The notes: a model not told the origin generated them from the sequence alone. A DNA stretch of 64,000 bases from Polyangiaceae bacterium (GCA_044376115.1 JBILLK010000027.1:64001-128000); one strand, 5' to 3'; counted from the first letter of the stretch, positions 42,796 through 52,453 are shown. Program-made: numbers and translations.

Positions 42796-43131
42796 ATGAG
42801 CTCGTTCAAGTCCATCGTTCCCTTTGCTTTGCTTGGATGTTTGGGTCTTCTGGCTTGCAACTCACCCGAGGCACCCGCCGCTTCTGCCAGTGCAGTAAAG
42901 GCAGAAGGCTCCGCAGCGGCCAAGAAGGATGACGCCAAGAAAGATGACGCCAAGGAGGCTGCTAAGGAGACCCCCAAAGAGGGTAGCAAGGAGGCCGCCA
43001 ACACCCCGGCGAATGCCGAGGTAAAGCCTACGGAGGCTGGCAAAGACGCGAGCAAGGAGCCCGCTAAAGAGGCTGCCAAGGACGGTAAGGAGCTGGCCAC
43101 CAAGGAGCCCGCCAAGGCTCCGGCTAAGTAG
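42796..43131 (+). CDS. Small K/E/A-rich lipoprotein
   Basis: GAGGAG RBS, lipobox LLAC, KDDAK/KEPAK/KEAAK repeats. Confidence 0.8.
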   Translation: MSSFKSIVPFALLGCLGLLACNSPEAPAASASAVKAEGSAAAKKDDAKKDDAKEAAKETPKEGSKEAANTPANAEVKPTEAGKDASKEPAKEAAKDGKELATKEPAKAPAK

Positions 43132-43141
43132 CTATTGGGCC

Positions 43142-44314
43142 TCAGCCCCAATCAATCTTATGGTCGGTGCGCTCGGCCCAATCCACCGGCAGGTGCAGCT
43201 TGCTGCGGAAGTGGGTGGCGCGCCAGACCAGGGTCACCTGTTCGAGCTCGGTCTCGAGGAACACGAGATCGAGCGCGGCGGGCAGTTTGACTTTGCCTTC
43301 GCCCAAGAGGGATAACGTGGCGCTCGGCCGCAGCCGCGGCAGGTCGACGAGGAAGTCGCGGCCGTCGAGCGAGGTCTTCCCCAGCTGAATGCGCTCGTTG
43401 CCCTCGAAGCGCCGGCGCGAGAGGTAGGGGTGCCCACCGTTGGCAAAGCCGTGGCGCGGCCGATCGATAATGGGCTTATTGGCGAAGTCTGCGTCGAACA
43501 TCTGAAGCGCGCGCTCCTTCTCCGGCAGGTTGTCGTCGAAGGTTGGCGGGAAATCGCCGAAGAAGGCACAACGCGGAAACCACGCCGGGTGCAGCCAATC
43601 GAGCGAGGCGGGCATCGGCCGTTCGCCCCAGTGCTCTTGCGGCAAGATCAGCTCGCTCATCGCTAGTCGGTCATCGGCGAACTCAACGTTAGGGAGCGGC
43701 GTACCGATGGCGCCCTGCTCGTGCACCAAGTAGCCTTTGCCGGCGGGGTTACGTGGATAGGAGAATACGCCGAGCTCCTCGTTTTCCTCCGGCGATAGGC
43801 TCTTCGTCATGTGGTCGAGCAGCGCCTTGTCCACGAGCACGTCCTCGGCCTCTTCATCGGTGCCGCCGTAGGCGTTCTCCCAGCCGAGTTGCAGCTCGCT
43901 CAGCGGCTCGGGGCTGGAGGCAATCAGGCTGTCCCCACGCCGATCGACGAAGCGGTCTCCGGTGCATATCAGCGTACGTTGGATCGGCTTGATGTCCCCG
44001 GTGACCGAGAGCGCCACCTCGAACGAGGGCGCAGGCTTCTCCACGCGCGCTACTCCTTGAATCACCAGATCGGTGAGGTTGCGCCAGGCGTATAAATCGA
44101 TGTCGCGCACCAACATCGAAGGCTTCGTATGCCGCGTCGGCACCGAAGCCTTCACCGTCACGTATTCCGGTTGCAGCTGGAAGCCCGCGCGCGCGTGGCA
44201 TTTGCCCTTCGCGTCGATGCTGAAGGTCATGCCGAAGAGCACGCTGACGATCGGGCGACCGTCCGGTGCTTCACCCTCGGCGACGATGCTCTCGAGGCTG
44301 TTCGGGTCGGCCAC
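43142..44314 (-). CDS. DUF2169 family T6SS adaptor
   Basis: TDLVIQG, GDR, WENAYGG, YPRNPAGKGY, LPNVE, W.PR, LD.V.....VTLVWRA. Confidence 0.88.
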   Translation of the reverse strand: MADPNSLESIVAEGEAPDGRPIVSVLFGMTFSIDAKGKCHARAGFQLQPEYVTVKASVPTRHTKPSMLVRDIDLYAWRNLTDLVIQGVARVEKPAPSFEVALSVTGDIKPIQRTLICTGDRFVDRRGDSLIASSPEPLSELQLGWENAYGGTDEEAEDVLVDKALLDHMTKSLSPEENEELGVFSYPRNPAGKGYLVHEQGAIGTPLPNVEFADDRLAMSELILPQEHWGERPMPASLDWLHPAWFPRCAFFGDFPPTFDDNLPEKERALQMFDADFANKPIIDRPRHGFANGGHPYLSRRRFEGNERIQLGKTSLDGRDFLVDLPRLRPSATLSLLGEGKVKLPAALDLVFLETELEQVTLVWRATHFRSKLHLPVDWAERTDHKIDWG

Positions 44315-44316
44315 GT

Positions 44317-45360
44317 TCAGGGGCTCGCTTGGAAGTCGGGCACCAGCAAGTCGGAGCGCCCATCAATGTAGGAGCCGAGCTGATCGGCCACGGTGGGCGA
44401 ATAAGGCCCCGGTGGAAAGACCTGCTCTTTGAGATCGCTGAACACTGAGTCGGCGCTGGTGGGGATGCCTGTCACCTCTTCCACGGCGCCGAGGGCTACG
44501 TCCTTGGCGCCGCCGGCCACGGTGTCAAAGACGCTTTGAAACGGGCGGCTGGGCATGCGCTCGCCGAGCAGACGATTGAGGCCTTTGTTTATGTATTTAT
44601 CGGCGAAGTCGGGCGCGTCGGCTTGGAAGGTCTTAGGCATGCCGACGCGGCCCATCCAATCGAGGGCTTTGCGTTTGAGCGGGCCAGGGGGCAACTTGCC
44701 GCCCAGGCCCAACATGCGCTTGCCAAACCAATTGCCGAGTCCCTTTTGGAAGCGGCCGGTTAGATATTTACCGGCCTTACCGGCCAAGCTCTTGAACACC
44801 CGGCCGAGCACCTTGGTCAGCTTGTCCATCACCCAGGCCATCAGCGCCTCGAAGGCCCACTGCACCAGCGCCGCGATCAAGTCCCCGAGTGTGAAGCCGA
44901 GCACCACGGTGGAACTCGGCATGATCACGATATCGGTCGGTAGCGGGACCGGATCATTGCAAGCGAGGTTAACGCCGATGCATTTGATGAAGGGCAGACC
45001 AACGGCAATGGGGCCCTGCTTTGCCACCACCGAGCCAACCGCGAGCACGTTGTTGCTGGAAGACGACCAGAGCAACAGCGGGATCAGCAGGTTGGGGGCA
45101 GCCGGCGGAAAGGGAAACAGGTTCCAGTGCGGGACCAAGCAATGCTCTGGCTTGTTGCCGCGCGAACAGATGGGCGAGCCATCGGCAAGCACGTCCTTGT
45201 TCCATTTGTCTTCGCCGAAAGACTCCGACCAACCCTCTTGGGCAAAGCCGATATGCCAGGCGACGCCAGGGGTGGGGATGATGCCAACCAAAAAGAGGCC
45301 AGCATGACGGTCGAGCGTGATGATCAGGTGGTGCGGTTTCTTCGGCCAGGTATCTGCCAT
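44317..45360 (-). CDS. Divergent PAAR-like spike-tip protein with a helical C-terminal extension (putative effector)
   Basis: HHLIITLDRH, VLADGSPI, GSVVAKQGPIA, CNDPVPLP...STVVLG. Lies between two DUF2169 genes. Confidence 0.65.
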   Translation of the reverse strand: MADTWPKKPHHLIITLDRHAGLFLVGIIPTPGVAWHIGFAQEGWSESFGEDKWNKDVLADGSPICSRGNKPEHCLVPHWNLFPFPPAAPNLLIPLLLWSSSSNNVLAVGSVVAKQGPIAVGLPFIKCIGVNLACNDPVPLPTDIVIMPSSTVVLGFTLGDLIAALVQWAFEALMAWVMDKLTKVLGRVFKSLAGKAGKYLTGRFQKGLGNWFGKRMLGLGGKLPPGPLKRKALDWMGRVGMPKTFQADAPDFADKYINKGLNRLLGERMPSRPFQSVFDTVAGGAKDVALGAVEEVTGIPTSADSVFSDLKEQVFPPGPYSPTVADQLGSYIDGRSDLLVPDFQASP

Positions 45361-45372
45361 GACGCTCTCCGG

Positions 45373-46371
45373 TTAAGACGCCGCCCCGACAAGCTGCGCG
45401 CGGTCCTGAGGTACAAGGCGCGTGCAGCGCGCCTGATGCTTGACGAACGGGTATCGAAACATATTGCGATACGAAAGCTCGAGCCGCGGTTGCTCTCCGC
45501 GCAAGTCGAGCAGGATCTCCTCCAGCTCCAGCTTGCGTAGAAAGCGGCTTGGACCTAGGGCGATCTCCGCCACGAACAGAAACGGTGGTAACTCCAGCGT
45601 CAGCGACCCAGAGGCCGTCATTCCCTTCACCACGAGCGGCCCCTCGGTAACGCGTTGGCCGGACAGCTCTGGGTGGGCGCGATCGAACATGCCACCCTCG
45701 AAGTCGATGGCCAGCTTCTCGCTCTCGCCATCGAAGCGCGTGATCTTTTCGGCGCGCAGACCCCAGGTCACCGGATAGGGCCCAAATCCGACCGGATCCG
45801 GCTTGTCTTCCCAGCGTTTGATATGTGCACCGGCGCGCTCGATGTTGGGTAACGCCGAGCCGCGCGCCTCGCTGGCGCTCAGGTAGTAGCCGCGGCCGCG
45901 GGGGTTCTTGTGATAGGGCAATAAGCCGTATTCGGTCTTCGCCTCTCCGCCGTAGGCGCGCGCCCAACTAATGGGCATACGCGTAAACGGTTGTGGGCTG
46001 CTGGGCATCAGCCCGCCGGGAGGCCCTTCCCACACGCGATCGCCAAACACGTCGAGGTCGAGCTTGTACGGCCCCACCGCCACCGATACCCGGGTAGCAA
46101 TGGTGGGTTTCGGACTGATGGCGTCTCCCAGCACAATCACGTCGGTGCCGAGGCGCGGCGGCAGCTCGTCCGCCGGCAGCTCACCGAAGTCTTCGAGCAA
46201 GGCCGGCTCGGTGCGCGGGCCTGCGTCCTTCGGGTCGGCCGGCTGTTCAACAAGACGCGCTCCGTCCACGAGGAAGCAACGCCGAGCGATCAGCGCTGCC
46301 GCCATCACCCCGTCCGGCCGCTCGGAGCGCAGCAACCCCGCGCGCATGCTGGTGTCGTTGACGAAGCGCAT
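45373..46371 (-). CDS. DUF2169 family T6SS adaptor
   Basis: TDVIVLG, VFGDRVW, PQPFTRMPISWARAYGG, NPRGRG, LPNIE, PVGFGP. Confidence 0.92.
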   Translation of the reverse strand: MRFVNDTSMRAGLLRSERPDGVMAAALIARRCFLVDGARLVEQPADPKDAGPRTEPALLEDFGELPADELPPRLGTDVIVLGDAISPKPTIATRVSVAVGPYKLDLDVFGDRVWEGPPGGLMPSSPQPFTRMPISWARAYGGEAKTEYGLLPYHKNPRGRGYYLSASEARGSALPNIERAGAHIKRWEDKPDPVGFGPYPVTWGLRAEKITRFDGESEKLAIDFEGGMFDRAHPELSGQRVTEGPLVVKGMTASGSLTLELPPFLFVAEIALGPSRFLRKLELEEILLDLRGEQPRLELSYRNMFRYPFVKHQARCTRLVPQDRAQLVGAAS

Positions 46372-46373
46372 AA

Positions 46374-48758
46374 TCAGGAGTTGAGCTTGATCACAGCGCC
46401 GTGGACGTCCACCACCGGGCCGCCGTCAATCTGGGCGCCTGCACCCGCGATGGTCAGGGCGCCGGCCGCCGATTGTTGCAAGCTCGCGCCGGCCGCGATC
46501 GCCAAGTTACCGCCGGAGACGGTGATGTCCCCGCCAAGGATCTCAATCAACGACGGCCCGCTGAAGGTGATGATCTCGGTGCCGTTGATAAGGATGTTCT
46601 TCGGCCCGATGGTGATGGTCGCGCCAGCGTTGACCACCACCGACTGATCGCCGAACACGGTGGTGGCCTTGGAGCTCAGCGTGGCGGTGCTCTCGGCGCG
46701 GATGTCGAACTTCTCAGCCGCGTTCATCGTCGCGCTGGGTTTGACCTTCAGCTCGTAGCCAGCGTTGGCGGTGTGCGTCGAGACCGCGGCATTGACCGTT
46801 ACCGATAGACCGGTGTCGAACTGGTGGGTGGTCGCGCCGGTCACCGAGAGCTTCTGCTCGCCGCCCACGCTGAGGCCGTGATTAGCGCCGTACTGTTGTT
46901 TGACGGCCTTGGTGACGTCGACGCCCAAGGTGGAGGAGTAGGTCTGATTGACCGCCCCGCCGATGGTCTCGGTCAGCTTGCCTTCGATGCTGCGGGTCAC
47001 GTCGCCGGTGACGGTGGTGGTCTGGTTCGAGAGGTAGGTCTCGGTGACGTCGCCGACTACGATGGTGGAGTACGTCTTATCGTAGGCGCGGGAGACGTTG
47101 CCGACCACGTGCTCGGATTTGTCGCCGCCGACGAACTGATCGAGGTAGGTGCCGAACGATTGGAAGCCGCTGCCGTCGGTGGAGAGCTCCACGTTGTGCC
47201 CTTGCGGGCTGGTGGCGTCGGTACCCATCCACAACATGGTGTTGGCTACCGGGGTGAACTGCTTCATGTATTGACCGCCCGCTTGGTCCTCGATCTCGAG
47301 CCGCGAGGAGCCACCGGTTTGCAGGATGTTCTTGGTGGCGTTGGCCTGCGCTATTGGACTGGGCGTCGCGGCGTTGGGCAATACGCCAGCGATCACCGGG
47401 CGGTCCGGATCTCCGCCGAGGAAGGTGACCAGCACCTCGGTGCCTTTGCGCAACGGGAAGTGGAAGCCCTCCACCGATCCGCCGTGTGGCTGCGCCATAC
47501 GTACGTAGGTGGAGGCCTTACCGCCGTTGAGGGCGCTCTCGTCGAAGTGGAACTTAATGGCATATCGGCCCTGATCGTCGATCTGGGCGTACTGGCTATT
47601 CTCCGGGCCATCCACCACGGCGTTCTCGAAGGCGTGGATGCGCGGCCAAGCGGTGCTGCGCGTAGAGCGATATTGCGTCGCGGCGGGAATGGCCTTTAGT
47701 TTTACGCGATAGACCTCGCGGCTGCCGTCTTCGATCAGGGCGTCCAGCTCTTTGGCGCCGGCGATGCCCCGCCCGATGTGGGTGAGCTCGGTGACCAGCC
47801 AAGCTTGATTGAGCGTGGCGCGCGGGTGGGCCTCGAGTTCGAAGGTGAAGCCGCTGCGCAAGTGATGCACCGAGCCGCTCGCGCTGGCGACCTCTCGTTC
47901 GGCGACGATGCTCTCGGCACGGAGGTTGGCCAAGCGCTGGCCTGCTCCAGGACTAAAGAAGCGATCTCCATAAAGCACCACCTCCGAGCTGCCGCCGCCC
48001 GGGATGGGGGCGCTGCCAGCGATTGGCAAGGCTGGGTTCTTGTAGTCGTAGTCTTTGAGCCGCACCGAGGCGGGAGCTGTGCTGCGTTTGACCGAGAAGG
48101 TATGCAGCGCTGCCCGGCCGGACTCGTCTTCTGCTGCGGGGTGATAGTGGATGGGCCCGCGTGCGAGCGAGGCGTGCACGGCGCGGTCATCGGCGAAGAC
48201 GACCTTCTCGCGGCCTTCTTCATGCTCGAAGAAGTAGTAGATGCCCTCGCGTTCGATCCAGCGGGTGATGAAATCGAGATCGCTCTCTTTGTATTGGCAG
48301 ACGTGCTCTTCCGCAGGGTAATCCCCGGAGAGCCGCAGCTCGAAGTCGTCGACGCCAGCCTCGCTCAACACCGCCGCGAGGATCTGCGGCACGCTCTGTT
48401 TGGTGAAGACCCGACTGTGCAGGGATTGACTGAGCGTCCACAGCTCGGGCGCCAAGGTCACGCGGAAGACCGAGCGTTCCCCGGCGTCATCCACCAGCTC
48501 GATCGAGCGCACCACGCCGTGAAAGACGAACGGCTTGCTGAGCGCAGCGGCCAGCAAATCAGCGGGCCGTTGCACGACCTCGAGCGTGGCACGCGACCCC
48601 AGCGCATCTTCTAGATCGAGCGCGTCGGCAGCGCCGCGATGCAGTGACAGGTAGATCTCGAAGGAGAACGGCCGCGAGATCGCCTCGTGACCGCGGAAGC
48701 CCATGACGCGGGCGCTCTCGGGAAGGGCGCTACCGTGGATGACGAAGGAGTCGCTCAT
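46374..48758 (-). CDS. vgrG: Type VI secretion spike protein VgrG
   Basis: QYKESDLDFITRWIEREGIYYFF, IDDQGRY, FPLRKGTEVLVTFLGGDPDRP, gp5-like beta repeats ending IKLN. Start ATG 48758 after GAGGA. Confidence 0.95.
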   Translation of the reverse strand: MSDSFVIHGSALPESARVMGFRGHEAISRPFSFEIYLSLHRGAADALDLEDALGSRATLEVVQRPADLLAAALSKPFVFHGVVRSIELVDDAGERSVFRVTLAPELWTLSQSLHSRVFTKQSVPQILAAVLSEAGVDDFELRLSGDYPAEEHVCQYKESDLDFITRWIEREGIYYFFEHEEGREKVVFADDRAVHASLARGPIHYHPAAEDESGRAALHTFSVKRSTAPASVRLKDYDYKNPALPIAGSAPIPGGGSSEVVLYGDRFFSPGAGQRLANLRAESIVAEREVASASGSVHHLRSGFTFELEAHPRATLNQAWLVTELTHIGRGIAGAKELDALIEDGSREVYRVKLKAIPAATQYRSTRSTAWPRIHAFENAVVDGPENSQYAQIDDQGRYAIKFHFDESALNGGKASTYVRMAQPHGGSVEGFHFPLRKGTEVLVTFLGGDPDRPVIAGVLPNAATPSPIAQANATKNILQTGGSSRLEIEDQAGGQYMKQFTPVANTMLWMGTDATSPQGHNVELSTDGSGFQSFGTYLDQFVGGDKSEHVVGNVSRAYDKTYSTIVVGDVTETYLSNQTTTVTGDVTRSIEGKLTETIGGAVNQTYSSTLGVDVTKAVKQQYGANHGLSVGGEQKLSVTGATTHQFDTGLSVTVNAAVSTHTANAGYELKVKPSATMNAAEKFDIRAESTATLSSKATTVFGDQSVVVNAGATITIGPKNILINGTEIITFSGPSLIEILGGDITVSGGNLAIAAGASLQQSAAGALTIAGAGAQIDGGPVVDVHGAVIKLNS

Positions 48759-48791
48759 ATTCGGTTCCTCTGCATGGTTCACAAACCGGGG

Positions 48792-49220
48792 TCAGATGGC
48801 GTCGATCACGATCGTTTGCAGGCGGCCTTGTTGCGCCGGATCGAAGCCGAGTCTCACGGGGCCGCGACGGGTAGCGGCCTCGCGATAGGCCGGCCCTTCA
48901 GGGCGAGAAGGAAACGGTCGCAGTGGGCCGAGCAGCGCTTCGACCTCGCTAGCTTCCACCTGGCCGGCGCCGGGCTCGAGATCGAGCACCAAGAGTGAAT
49001 CGCTGCGTGAGCTGCCCCAGGCGCCGTTCTTACGCGGCTCCGGCACACGCAGCTCCACACGCTGCCAGGGCGGTTCTCCGCGAAAGGAGCGATACACGCG
49101 CAGCGTCGGGTTGGTGTTCTTCGTGTCTTCGCGCAGCGGAAGGCCGAGCAACGTCTCCACAGCACGACGGCTGAGCGGACGCTGACGGAGCAGCTGGTCG
49201 ATGGCGTTGAGGACGCTCAT
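48792..49220 (-). CDS. Putative immunity protein (142 aa, no signal peptide)
   Basis: ATG 49220 overlaps the TGA of the evolved vgrG (ATGA). Small gene directly after a toxin-like domain. Confidence 0.65.
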   Translation of the reverse strand: MSVLNAIDQLLRQRPLSRRAVETLLGLPLREDTKNTNPTLRVYRSFRGEPPWQRVELRVPEPRKNGAWGSSRSDSLLVLDLEPGAGQVEASEVEALLGPLRPFPSRPEGPAYREAATRRGPVRLGFDPAQQGRLQTIVIDAI

Positions 49221-52200
49221 GGCAGTAGCGGAACCGAGACGTTGGAGCCATCGGGAATGAGCAGGCTCGCGGCGTCGCCGAGCTCTTGGCGCGCTGGCCA
49301 TTCGGACCAGGGGATCTCGCTGATCCCGCCGCCGTTGTTCATGATCAGCACGTTCTCATCGGTGTAGCCGACGGCGGTGCCCCAGTGCCCGGCGGTGGAG
49401 TTCCACGGCAGCGGGACCTCTTTCCCGGGGTTGTAGGCGACCATGGTGGCGACGTTGTTATCGATGTTGGCCTTGAGCTCATCCACGCTGAGGCCCGAGC
49501 CGCTCGTCGCGGGGACGCCACTCGAGTTGAGGCCACCAGCGACAGAGCCGGGGAACCACGCGCCGTTGCTGCCCATCTCCGAGCCGGTGAAGAGCGGAAG
49601 GCCGTGGCTGATCGCCCATTGGCCGGGATCATTGTTGGCGATGGCCGGCATCACGTTACCGAGGTTGTCTTGGAAGTTGCCGCTGGCGAGCCCACCGTGG
49701 GTGCCTTGATAGAGCATGAACAGCGAAGTCGCCGAGTAGGCGCCGCAGGCGTTTTCATGCCGTCGCGAAGGATCGTTCTGATTGTCGGAGAAGGTCGCAA
49801 GCAGCTCCGGGTTCATCCCGAGCAAGCTGGTGGTGCCGTCGGGGGCAGCGGTCAGCTGATCAAACTGCGCGAGTGCTGCCGCTGGATCTTGGTACAGCGC
49901 GCGGTCGAGCACGATGATCTTTTGCGCTAGATCCAACCCCGGCGTGCTGCCCCATTGGATCGTCCAGCCTGCGGCGAGCAGCAGCCGGATTCGTGCGGCG
50001 AGCACCGGATCGGCAGCCAAGAGTGCGTCGTATTCCGGGCCGAGCCCGCTCGTCGGGGGCGCCTCTCCGAGGTTGAGCTGAATCAACTGCGCGTGCACAT
50101 CCACGATGGAACCGCCGTCGATGCGCTGCGTGGTGCCCTTCGAGATCAGCACGCCGTCCGACTTGAGGCTCAGCGTCTTGCTGGCGTTGAAGTTGATGGC
50201 GATACCGGAGAGGCGGACGTCCCCACCCTTGATCTCGATGATCGGGCCGCGAGCACGCACCAAATCCGAGCCGCTCGCCGAGATCGACGGGGCCTTCATT
50301 TCGACCGTAGAGCCGCCGGAGATGTCCACCGTTTCATCGCCGCGCACGGTGGTCTCCGGCGAGCCGAGCTTGGCCTCGGCGCCACCACGAATCGACGTTG
50401 CAACGTCTGAATGCATACTAGCGCTGGGCGTTACGTCGAGCTTATAACCAGCATTGGCGGTGTGAACGCTGGTCGCCGTATTGACGGTTAGCAGTAGGCC
50501 CGCCTCCAACGTTTGCTCGCCCAGGCCGCCCACCAACAGCGTCTGCTCGCCCACCACCTTCAGCTCGTGTAGCGCTTGGAAGTTCTCGGTCACGTTGGCT
50601 GTCACCGCTTGGGTCAGCGTGCCAGTGAGCGTCTTTTTGACCGCCTTGGTGACCGACTCGGTGCTGGCGCCGGTGACGGTGAGCGTGACGTTGTCGGTGA
50701 TCGCCCGAGTGTGATTGGCCTGTAGCGTTTGTGCGAGATCGCCAAGTAACGTCGTGCTGTAGCTCGCGTCGTAGCCGCGCTTGACGTGGCCCTCGACCTT
50801 GTCCGACTTATCGCCGCCGACGAAGCGATCGAAGTAGGTCCCGTAGGAGAAGGCTGCGCTGCCGTTCGACGAGAACTCGGCGTTGTGTGCGCCGGGCGCG
50901 GTGCCGTCGGCGCCCAGGTACATCGAGCTGGCTTGCACCGGCACCGTCGAGTGCATGTACTGGCCGCCGCTCGCGTCTTCGATCTCGAGCCGCGTGGAGC
51001 CGCCGGTTTGCAGCACGTTCTTGGTCGCGTTCTTCTGCGTGACTGGGCTCGGGGTGAGCGCGTTGGGCATCACGCCAGCGATCACCGGTCGATCCGGATC
51101 GCCGTCCAGAAATTCGATCAGCACCTCGGTCGACTTGCGCAGCGGAAAATGAAAGCCCTCCACCGAGCCGCCGTGCGGTTGCGCCATGCGCACCCAGGTC
51201 GATGCCTGGCCGTCGCCCGAGTCCGCCTCGTCGAAGTGCAGCTTGATCGCGTAGCGACCTTGCTCGTCGATCTGGGCGTATTCGCTTTGCGCCGGCCCAT
51301 CCACGGTGCCGTTCTCGAAGCCGAACACGCGCGGCCAGGGCGTTCGCTGCGGCGCGCGATAGGGGAGGTCTGCCGGCTGCGCGTCGATCTCGACCTCGTA
51401 GCTGACGCCTTGTCCGGCCTGTGCGCGACGACCAGCGTTGATGGTTTGCAATAGCTCGCGGCGCCCAGCGAAGCGACCGAGCAGCTCTCCGTCCCGGCCT
51501 TCGTGTCGCACCCGCCGCAGCAGGTAGCGTGCATCGAGCTCGGCGCGCGGGTGCTCGCTCAACTCGAAGGTGAAGCCAGCGCGCAGGTGACGGGCGTTGC
51601 CGCGGCCTTTGAGCGCCACGGCCTCGGCGCTGAGCGCTTGGGCGGCGATGCGGGCGAGCCGCTCGCCTTGGGCCTTGTCGAAGAAGCGCGCCCCATGCCG
51701 AACGACCGCGGCGAGTGACGCGCCGGAGACGTCGGAGCGGCTGCGCATCTCGAGGGCCGGACGCGCGTAGTCGTAGTCGGCCATCATCACCGAGCCGGGT
51801 TGCAGCGCTCGCGAGAGGCTGACCGCGGTCAGTGCGCGACCGCGAACGGCCCCGCCCTCGGCTGCGTGATAGCGCACGATGCCGCCGGGGATGGGCGTGT
51901 GAGCGGCGTCGTCATCGACGATCACGAGCTTCTCCGAGCTGGCCTCTTGCTCGAAATAGAAATGCAGGCCCTCACGCTCGAACCAGCGGCTGAGGAAGGC
52001 AAAATCGCTCTCTTTGTATTGGGCGACGTGCTCTTCCTTGGCGTAGTTCTGCGACAGCCGAAGCTCGAAGTCGCTGGCGCCAAAGCCCGAGCTTTGCAGC
52101 ACCTCGGCGATGATCGCCGGCAGGTTGCGCTGAGTGAAGACGCGACTGTGAACGCTCTGCGTGAGCCGATGCATGGCTGGTGTGAGCCGCGCGCGCACGA

Positions 52201-52453
52201 GCGAGTGGGCTGCGCCGTCGTCGAGCGATTCCACTTCGGAGAACAGGCCGTGCACGAAGAATGGTTGCAATAGATCCGCTTCGATCAAGAGCGAGCCGCG
52301 CTGTCCCTCGAGCGCCTCCGGCTCGAAGCCGGCTTGATCGACCACGAAGGTGACCTCGAAGCTGTAGAGCTGCGAGAGCGCTTCTTCACCAACGAAGCCG
52401 AGAACCCGAGCTCCGAGCGGTAACGCTTTGCTCGTCAGGACGAACTGTTCCAT
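49217..52453 (-). CDS. vgrG: Evolved VgrG with a C-terminal C39-like cysteine peptidase domain
   Basis: VgrG core ends at IQLN (50072). About 284-aa extension containing Q...NACGAYS, AGHW.TAVGY, LIMN. Confidence 0.9.
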   Translation of the reverse strand: MEQFVLTSKALPLGARVLGFVGEEALSQLYSFEVTFVVDQAGFEPEALEGQRGSLLIEADLLQPFFVHGLFSEVESLDDGAAHSLVRARLTPAMHRLTQSVHSRVFTQRNLPAIIAEVLQSSGFGASDFELRLSQNYAKEEHVAQYKESDFAFLSRWFEREGLHFYFEQEASSEKLVIVDDDAAHTPIPGGIVRYHAAEGGAVRGRALTAVSLSRALQPGSVMMADYDYARPALEMRSRSDVSGASLAAVVRHGARFFDKAQGERLARIAAQALSAEAVALKGRGNARHLRAGFTFELSEHPRAELDARYLLRRVRHEGRDGELLGRFAGRRELLQTINAGRRAQAGQGVSYEVEIDAQPADLPYRAPQRTPWPRVFGFENGTVDGPAQSEYAQIDEQGRYAIKLHFDEADSGDGQASTWVRMAQPHGGSVEGFHFPLRKSTEVLIEFLDGDPDRPVIAGVMPNALTPSPVTQKNATKNVLQTGGSTRLEIEDASGGQYMHSTVPVQASSMYLGADGTAPGAHNAEFSSNGSAAFSYGTYFDRFVGGDKSDKVEGHVKRGYDASYSTTLLGDLAQTLQANHTRAITDNVTLTVTGASTESVTKAVKKTLTGTLTQAVTANVTENFQALHELKVVGEQTLLVGGLGEQTLEAGLLLTVNTATSVHTANAGYKLDVTPSASMHSDVATSIRGGAEAKLGSPETTVRGDETVDISGGSTVEMKAPSISASGSDLVRARGPIIEIKGGDVRLSGIAINFNASKTLSLKSDGVLISKGTTQRIDGGSIVDVHAQLIQLNLGEAPPTSGLGPEYDALLAADPVLAARIRLLLAAGWTIQWGSTPGLDLAQKIIVLDRALYQDPAAALAQFDQLTAAPDGTTSLLGMNPELLATFSDNQNDPSRRHENACGAYSATSLFMLYQGTHGGLASGNFQDNLGNVMPAIANNDPGQWAISHGLPLFTGSEMGSNGAWFPGSVAGGLNSSGVPATSGSGLSVDELKANIDNNVATMVAYNPGKEVPLPWNSTAGHWGTAVGYTDENVLIMNNGGGISEIPWSEWPARQELGDAASLLIPDGSNVSVPLLP

